The notes beneath the pieces are model-generated. The model was not told where the DNA came from. It saw only the letters and a list, made by a program, of their open reading frames with translations, and did no database searches. From Candidatus Bathyarchaeota archaeon (GTDB lineage: Archaea; Thermoproteota; Bathyarchaeia; Bathyarchaeales; Bathycorpusculaceae): 64,000 nucleotides of DNA. The DNA is taken from the NCBI GenBank assembly GCA_963739305.1, contig CAVTZU010000032.1:1-64000 (forward strand), given 5' to 3'. Of the stretch, positions 58,077-64,000 are shown in pieces; within the stretch, counting starts at the first letter, position 1, and each line of letters starts with the position of its first letter. Both the position numbers and the translations under genes were made by a program.

Positions 58077-60872
58077 TTGAACATGCCAGTGCTGTACGCT
58101 GTGACGCATGTTTTTCGTTCATGGAAACTGTTCCTTGCATTGTTGATTGGTATAACATTGGCATCAGCATTTTTCGCGGGCATTGATATCAAAGCGAATG
58201 TGACAGCGGGACAAGCCTTGAAACAAGATCTGAGCGGGGTTTACGTTGACATGGTTGCGAACGCGTACCAGAAACCTCCCGAGGACGTGTTGAATGCCTC
58301 CAGAGACGTGGCAGGGCTGTCAGGAGTCGCAGGAACGGAGGTCATCTCAGTTTTTGATGGACCGACAGGCTTCGAAACAAACGGCACATACTCTGACTAT
58401 GCGAGAATAGTCGGAATTCAGAACCAATCACGCGTTTATGATGGTTGGCCTAATCGGCCCGAAGGGATAGGCGAAAACGAAACCTATGTGCTCAGAGATT
58501 CAGGCTTGACGCAGAAATATTCGGTCGGAGACATCATACCCATCAACATTTCAATGTACCCGAATGGAGGACCACAAGTGTTTGTTTCCTTGAATCTGAC
58601 GGTGAAAGGCTTTGCCGAGCTTGATGACAAATCAAGGTCGATTGCACTGGGAGGGTATTCTATTCCCTATCCCCAAATTGCCGTGTATGAGTCACCCTAT
58701 TATGGACAGAGAACGATCGACACGCTTATTGTTGATTGGGAAAAGACTATGCAGAGATTAGTTGACGCACAGTGGAATGTTAACCCATCTGGCGTACAGG
58801 TGAGTACAAGTCTACTGGTATATTTGGACCGAAATGCCCTGATAAGTCCATGGGACATTGACACGTCAACCAACAACATCAGAACCCTGCAGGCTCAAAT
58901 CCAAACCAGAGCAGGGACGGGTTTTTACTTTCAAAACAATCTCGACACGGTTCTCAGTAGTTTTCGAGGCAAATCGATGGAAATCCAGTTCACTTTTACG
59001 CTTCTTTCTATTCCGGTGTTCTTCATGGCTTGGTATATGGGAACTACCGTCTCAGATGTGTCTTTCAGCCTCCGCAGGCGAGAAATAGGTCTCCTGTCCA
59101 CAAAGGGCTTTTCTGGAGGACAGATTCGAAGAATATTCTTGATCGAAACCATAATGTTGGGACTGCTGGGAGGATTACTCGGTGTCTTAGTAGGGTTTCT
59201 GTTGAATCCACTTTTCTCGCAACTCAGCACTGAAATGCTTTTCAATCCGCAGGTAATCAGTCCCTACACATTTATCTCAACAATGATTTTCGGAGTCATC
59301 ATTGCCTTACTTTCAACGTATAGCTCTGCCAAAAGAGCTTCAAGACTCTCTGCTGTCGACGCACTCCGAGAGTACCATCCAGCTGAGGAAACGAAATCTT
59401 ACAAGAAAAGGTGGCCTTGGACCGCATTCATCCTCGGAACGTACAAGTTGATTATTTTTGCTTTCGGCGTGAACGTTACAGTTGCGCTGACTAGCGCTAG
59501 CATGGTCGGACAGAACTTTATTCTTACGATTTTCATCGGACTCGCACTTGGGATCGATTACGTTCTGACTTACATTGGGCCTTTGCTCTTTTTCTGGGGA
59601 AGCACAAAACTGTTCATCCAGGGTTCTCTGAAGTTTCAAGAACTCACAACCCGAGCAGCCAGATTTCTGGGTGATCTAGGTGCGTTGGCAACCAAAAACG
59701 TGAGGAGAAACCCTGCGCGCGCAGCTGCAATCGCCTTTCTTATAGCATTGATAGTAAGCTACGGTGCACAAGTAACTACGCAACTCGCCAGCGAACAGGA
59801 CTTCACCACTCGAACAATCTACATGCAGGTGGGTGCAGACCTCAGCGTCTACGTCAACAATCCAGCTGAGGCAAAGAACGTTTCTTCCATGATACTGACA
59901 AACCTTTCTTCAAATGTAGAGAACTCGACGATCGAATATTCTCTCAGTGGCACAACGGCCGGCGCCAACTACATTACAGTAAACATGAGGTCAGTTCAAG
60001 CTGAATCGTGGCTTAAAGCCGCCTACTACGAAAGTGACATGTTCACCGGAAAGAATGCCGAAGAGGCCTTTCAAAACCTGTTGACTCAAAAAGATGCAAT
60101 CATCCTCGAAAAAAGCGTTGCGAAACTTCTGGATCTCAAAGTCGGCGACTTCATCACAGTAACAATCGGGGATACTTCGAAGAAAATGATTGTGGTTGGT
60201 TACTTTGGACCAGAAACCGGAGACGAGCAGAGCTCCATCTCGACGTACTGGTCTTACGTTTCAGAAGAACTTTACAATGAGGTCAACAATTCTTTCAGTG
60301 TCTCCAGCACAAGAATACTGCTAAAACTCAAACCCGGAGTCAACGGCACAGCAGCTGCAGAAAACGTTCGCAGCCTTGGTTTGAATATTGGTACAGTGGA
60401 TTCATTTGCTGAAGAATACACGCTTTCTCAGTCTGACGTTGCGACGGTTGGATCGCAAGATGCTCAGCGACTGGGCATTGTCTTTGCAGTTCTGGCTGCG
60501 TCGGTTGGGACAGCGCTTGTCAGTGTGGTAAGCATGAGGGAGAGAAGCCGCGAAGCTACGATTATGAGTGTAAAAGGCTTGTCGTACAAGCAGCTTGTAA
60601 TAATGTTCGTAACGGAAAATCTTGCGGTGGTGACTTTCGCAGTAGCCTTAGGAATTTCCGTGGGGTTTATCGCAGCATATGGAAACATCTCAGCTGCCAA
60701 CAGTTTCATGGCGTCATCCACTCTAATTAAACACCGGTTCGTGCTCCAGTTGGATGCGATTCTGATGTTGATCTCCTGTGTTGTGCTCATTTTCGTGTCA
60801 ACCATAGGACCAATATTGATCATATCGAAGGGATACGTAACCAAACTTGAGAGGATGGTCAGACTCAGATGA
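58077..60872 (+). CDS. ABC transporter permease (duplicated FtsX/MacB-like)
   Basis: RRREIGLLSTKG and RERSREATIMSVKG; two large extracytoplasmic domains. Confidence 0.9.
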   Translation: MNMPVLYAVTHVFRSWKLFLALLIGITLASAFFAGIDIKANVTAGQALKQDLSGVYVDMVANAYQKPPEDVLNASRDVAGLSGVAGTEVISVFDGPTGFETNGTYSDYARIVGIQNQSRVYDGWPNRPEGIGENETYVLRDSGLTQKYSVGDIIPINISMYPNGGPQVFVSLNLTVKGFAELDDKSRSIALGGYSIPYPQIAVYESPYYGQRTIDTLIVDWEKTMQRLVDAQWNVNPSGVQVSTSLLVYLDRNALISPWDIDTSTNNIRTLQAQIQTRAGTGFYFQNNLDTVLSSFRGKSMEIQFTFTLLSIPVFFMAWYMGTTVSDVSFSLRRREIGLLSTKGFSGGQIRRIFLIETIMLGLLGGLLGVLVGFLLNPLFSQLSTEMLFNPQVISPYTFISTMIFGVIIALLSTYSSAKRASRLSAVDALREYHPAEETKSYKKRWPWTAFILGTYKLIIFAFGVNVTVALTSASMVGQNFILTIFIGLALGIDYVLTYIGPLLFFWGSTKLFIQGSLKFQELTTRAARFLGDLGALATKNVRRNPARAAAIAFLIALIVSYGAQVTTQLASEQDFTTRTIYMQVGADLSVYVNNPAEAKNVSSMILTNLSSNVENSTIEYSLSGTTAGANYITVNMRSVQAESWLKAAYYESDMFTGKNAEEAFQNLLTQKDAIILEKSVAKLLDLKVGDFITVTIGDTSKKMIVVGYFGPETGDEQSSISTYWSYVSEELYNEVNNSFSVSSTRILLKLKPGVNGTAAAENVRSLGLNIGTVDSFAEEYTLSQSDVATVGSQDAQRLGIVFAVLAASVGTALVSVVSMRERSREATIMSVKGLSYKQLVIMFVTENLAVVTFAVALGISVGFIAAYGNISAANSFMASSTLIKHRFVLQLDAILMLISCVVLIFVSTIGPILIISKGYVTKLERMVRLR

Positions 60873-61765
60873 AAGGACTAGATGTGAAGGTAAACAATCT
60901 CGTCAAAGCATACCGACTTGGCAAGATTGAAGTGCAGGCTCTCAGGGGGTTGAACATGGAGGTGGGCGCTGGCGAATTTGTGGCCATAATAGGGCCTAGC
61001 GGTAGTGGAAAGACCACTCTGCTCAACATATTGGGAGGTTTAGATGCTGCAACGGCGGGCACGGTGCAAATCGGAAGTATAAATCTGACTAGCATGAACA
61101 CGACACAGCTTGTCGATTACAGGCGAGAAACGGTTGGTCACATATTCCAAACATTAAACCTGATTCCAACGTTGACCGCGACCGAAAACATTGAACTTCC
61201 AATGATTGCACGTGGTGTTTCAAGAGGAAAAAGGAAAGAACGAGTGCAAGAGCTTCTTGGAATAGTCGGGCTAACCGATCGTCGCAACCATAAACCCGAA
61301 GAACTTAGCGGGGGAGAACAGCAACGTGTGGCCATGGCCGCAGCACTTGCGAACGACGCGCCGATTGTCTTGGCTGATGAGCCTACGGGCGAGTTGGACA
61401 CTGTCAACGCGAAAATAGTGGTGGACTATCTGTTGAAGGTTAACAGGGAATTGAATAAGACCGTTGTAATGGTTACACATGATCCGAGCGTTGCTAGAAG
61501 AACCGACAGGATTTTGCGCATAGAGGACGGCGTGATTAAGATGGCTTCGGCTCCGACTGAAATGACTGGCGAGGAAGAAGCAGTGTCATTTGTTGATCAA
61601 TTGAGGACCAGAATACGAGAAATAGATGCACAAACGGTGCGATTGGACGAGGATTTTAAGTCCAGTAAAATCAGCGGTGATGAATACGTGGAAAAGAGGC
61701 AGAGTCTCAAGAGAACTAGAGACAGTTTGAGAGAGGAACTGCACCGAATGGGCGTCGTAATCTAG
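60869..61765 (+). CDS. ABC transporter ATPase (LolD/MacB-like) with C-terminal coiled-coil extension
   Basis: GPSGSGKTT, LSGGEQQRV, ADEPTG and VTHD. Confidence 0.93.
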   Translation: MKGLDVKVNNLVKAYRLGKIEVQALRGLNMEVGAGEFVAIIGPSGSGKTTLLNILGGLDAATAGTVQIGSINLTSMNTTQLVDYRRETVGHIFQTLNLIPTLTATENIELPMIARGVSRGKRKERVQELLGIVGLTDRRNHKPEELSGGEQQRVAMAAALANDAPIVLADEPTGELDTVNAKIVVDYLLKVNRELNKTVVMVTHDPSVARRTDRILRIEDGVIKMASAPTEMTGEEEAVSFVDQLRTRIREIDAQTVRLDEDFKSSKISGDEYVEKRQSLKRTRDSLREELHRMGVVI

Positions 61766-62000
61766 TAACCAATTTAGGAACGTTGATGATTTTTCTGTCT
61801 ATCAACGGCTCTTCATGACTGCGATGAATTAGCAGATGAAACAGAATCCAGATGCTATGAGGAAATTCTCCACTGAATTCCAGCACCAATAACGTGTTTC
61901 CAGACTTGTTGGTTTTCAAGCGGAAATTATAAATCTGCAAATAAATAATAGATTGTAAACAGTTCGATATTTGACTCATCTTTGTATAAGGGGGTTAACT

Positions 62001-62759
62001 ATGAGCACTCACGCAGAAGACCTAAAACTTCGTTTGATGACGATTGAGTTGCTGAGAACGGCAAAGTACAAAAGAAACATCACCTATCGCGAACTCGCTT
62101 CCAAGACTGGATTGCCAGTTACGGTGCTGAGCAGGTACGCTAAGGGACATGTTTTGCCCAACACGGCAAGAGCGAAACAGCTCTGGAAGGTTCTTACGAA
62201 ACTCGTAGGACTAGAAACAGAGCTTCGCAGTCGAATAAAGTTTGATGAAGATGGGTATTTCGATAACACCGAGATCATAGGCGACTTCAACATTCTGCAA
62301 CAAGCGGCTAATCATGCTCTCGCCAACTTTGCAGGAAAGAGAGTGACAAAGGTTCTGTCAGCCGCAGTTGACGGCATACCACTTGCAACGATGGTTGCTA
62401 ACGCTCTGGGGGTGAATCTTGTCATCGCAAAACGAAGCAAAGAAGTCGGCGTTAAAGCCTTCTTTGAAGAAACATACATACTTCTGAAAGGTTCAGGCGT
62501 AACAAGCACCATCTACATTCCAAGGGAATCTGTCAAGAAACGTGACAGCGTGCTGATCGTTGATGACATGATCAAGAGCGGCGAGACTCAAGCAGCCCTC
62601 GTTAATCTTGTGCGCAAGGCAAAAGCGGAGCTGTCAGGGGTGTTTTCACTGATAGCCGTAGGCGAGGAATGGAAGAAAACGTTGAAGCTTTCAGGTGAGT
62701 GTCCAGTAGAAGTAATAACCTACGTCAAATCGCCTTACGACCAGAGCACTCGATACTAG
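62001..62759 (+). CDS. HTH + phosphoribosyltransferase (PurR/Apt-like) protein
   Basis: TYRELASKTGLPVTVLSRY HTH; VLIVDDMIKSGET PRPP loop. Confidence 0.88.
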   Translation: MSTHAEDLKLRLMTIELLRTAKYKRNITYRELASKTGLPVTVLSRYAKGHVLPNTARAKQLWKVLTKLVGLETELRSRIKFDEDGYFDNTEIIGDFNILQQAANHALANFAGKRVTKVLSAAVDGIPLATMVANALGVNLVIAKRSKEVGVKAFFEETYILLKGSGVTSTIYIPRESVKKRDSVLIVDDMIKSGETQAALVNLVRKAKAELSGVFSLIAVGEEWKKTLKLSGECPVEVITYVKSPYDQSTRY

Positions 62760-63434
62760 CTATAGAAAAGACGGTTTTTTCCCCTTTCGAACGTAATCCT
62801 TGCCCAGTCTTAATAGGGCTGTTTCAAAATTCACGTACGAGTACCCCGTGATCTCGTGCGCGCTCCAGTAATCCTTCAGTTGCTTCAAAGAACTCATCGC
62901 ATGTTCTGACCGCTTCACTATGCCACACCATTCAGCTGCCCGAACGACGAGCGGAGTCGGATCTGGATCAGCCTTCTTCCAAATGCCTCGAAGCTCTCTC
63001 AGGAAAATCCCGACGGTGACGTCTCCGATGCCTTTGCCCAGACTGAGTCTGACCTCCAAATCTCGCGGACCCGCGGCTTGAGCGTGGACTCGATTAAGGC
63101 TTCCAGAGTAATTTTCACGCAAATTTCGCATTACAAGTTGAAGCTTGTCTGCTGTTTTAAAGTCGTAGCGCACGTAACCTCCCTCGTCCAACGTCTTGAC
63201 AAGTCCATCCCAACCCGTGTCTAGAATTCTCTTCAGAGTCAAGGTTTTGTCCTTCTCAAAACAATGGTAGGTTTTGATGGCTAAGGATTCAGTGATGGGT
63301 GCACCAAAAAGCACAGATGCAAGAAACCATTTGAAGACCTCCTCCTCCGAGCCTCCTGAAAGATCGATTCCCAAAAGCTCAGAGTACGTCATGCCCAGAC
63401 TATCCATGAGATCTTTCAGCTGCTGCTTTTTCAT
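62760..63434 (-). CDS. HhH-GPD superfamily (DNA glycosylase-like) protein
   Basis: FKWFLASVLFG, GGYVRYD and KGIGDVTVGIFLRE. Confidence 0.7.
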   Translation of the reverse strand: MKKQQLKDLMDSLGMTYSELLGIDLSGGSEEEVFKWFLASVLFGAPITESLAIKTYHCFEKDKTLTLKRILDTGWDGLVKTLDEGGYVRYDFKTADKLQLVMRNLRENYSGSLNRVHAQAAGPRDLEVRLSLGKGIGDVTVGIFLRELRGIWKKADPDPTPLVVRAAEWCGIVKRSEHAMSSLKQLKDYWSAHEITGYSYVNFETALLRLGKDYVRKGKKPSFL

Positions 63435-63495
63435 GATGTTCTCCTCCAACAAGCCTTATACGGTCAACTCATAAACGATTTACGAGGATTAACCT

Positions 63496-64000
63496 GTGCG
63501 GACCATAGAATGGCGGAACGGAACCGTCGTAACGATAGATCAGACCAAACTTCCAAACGAAGAAGTAACCGTCACCATTAGGGACTGCAACGAAATGGCG
63601 GAAGCCATACGAACCATGAAGATCCGCGGCGCACCCCTCCTCGGCGCTGCGGCAGCCTATGCATTAGCGTTGACAGCCTGCAACTCAAGAGCATCAAGCA
63701 GAGAAACACTCCTCAGTGAATTGGAAGGAGCTGCAGAAACGATCAGACGCACACGTCCGACCGCGGTTAACCTCTTCTGGGCGCTCGACAGGATTCTAGA
63801 CAAAGCCCGAAAATTAAGCGGAAACCAAAAGGATTTGGCAAAGTTTGTTACTGAAGAGGCAAAGAAAATCGCTGACGAGGATGCTGCAGCAAACCAGGCC
63901 ATCGGCAAGCATGGAGCCAACCTCATCAAAGGCGGAGACGTTATCCTCACGCACTGCAACGCTGGAGCGTTGGCTACGGTCGAGTATGGCACTGCTCTGG
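63496..64000 (+). CDS. mtnA: Methylthioribose-1-phosphate isomerase (eIF2B-alpha family), truncated by the window end
   Basis: Manual translation: VRTIEW..IDQTKLP, MKIRGAPLLG, RPTAVNLFWA and LTHCNAGALAT. Confidence 0.9.
   Translation, partial: MRTIEWRNGTVVTIDQTKLPNEEVTVTIRDCNEMAEAIRTMKIRGAPLLGAAAAYALALTACNSRASSRETLLSELEGAAETIRRTRPTAVNLFWALDRILDKARKLSGNQKDLAKFVTEEAKKIADEDAAANQAIGKHGANLIKGGDVILTHCNAGALATVEYGTAL

Noticed and set aside
63657-63992. 111-aa minus-strand ORF
   Set aside because: Antisense shadow of the partial mtnA on the plus strand

Overview
Archaeal chromosomal window, most likely TACK superphylum and probably Bathyarchaeia. This assignment is inferred from the TackOD1-like protein, a tRNA with a non-canonical BHB intron, and archaeal exosome, KEOPS, TiaS and Tsr3 genes. 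1-14.5 kb is an accessory region of secreted, membrane and redox genes with a 1294-bp tandem duplication. It is followed by two moeA genes, endonuclease IV, a type IV pilus operon, an ECF transporter, the psmA-sdo1-rrp4/41/42-rpl37ae-pcc1-pfdB superoperon (interrupted by about 2 kb), an FprA/DUF438 redox module, tsr3, nnr, tiaS and alaS. Next come a complete NHEJ operon (LigD-POL, Ku, LIG-PE fusion, DUF72), leuS, a two-intron tRNA-Arg(TCT), an ABC exporter, a PurR-like PRTase and a partial mtnA. Highlights are the archaeal NHEJ operon with an unusual ligase-phosphoesterase fusion and a coupled DUF72, alternating GC tracts concentrated in intergenic DNA, a pair of TasA/bundling-pilus-like secreted paralogs, two micro-ORFs missed by the ORF track, and a dispersed 55-bp intergenic repeat. 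Several single-base frameshifts suggest sequencing or assembly noise. All family calls come from motif recognition by eye, not from database searches.
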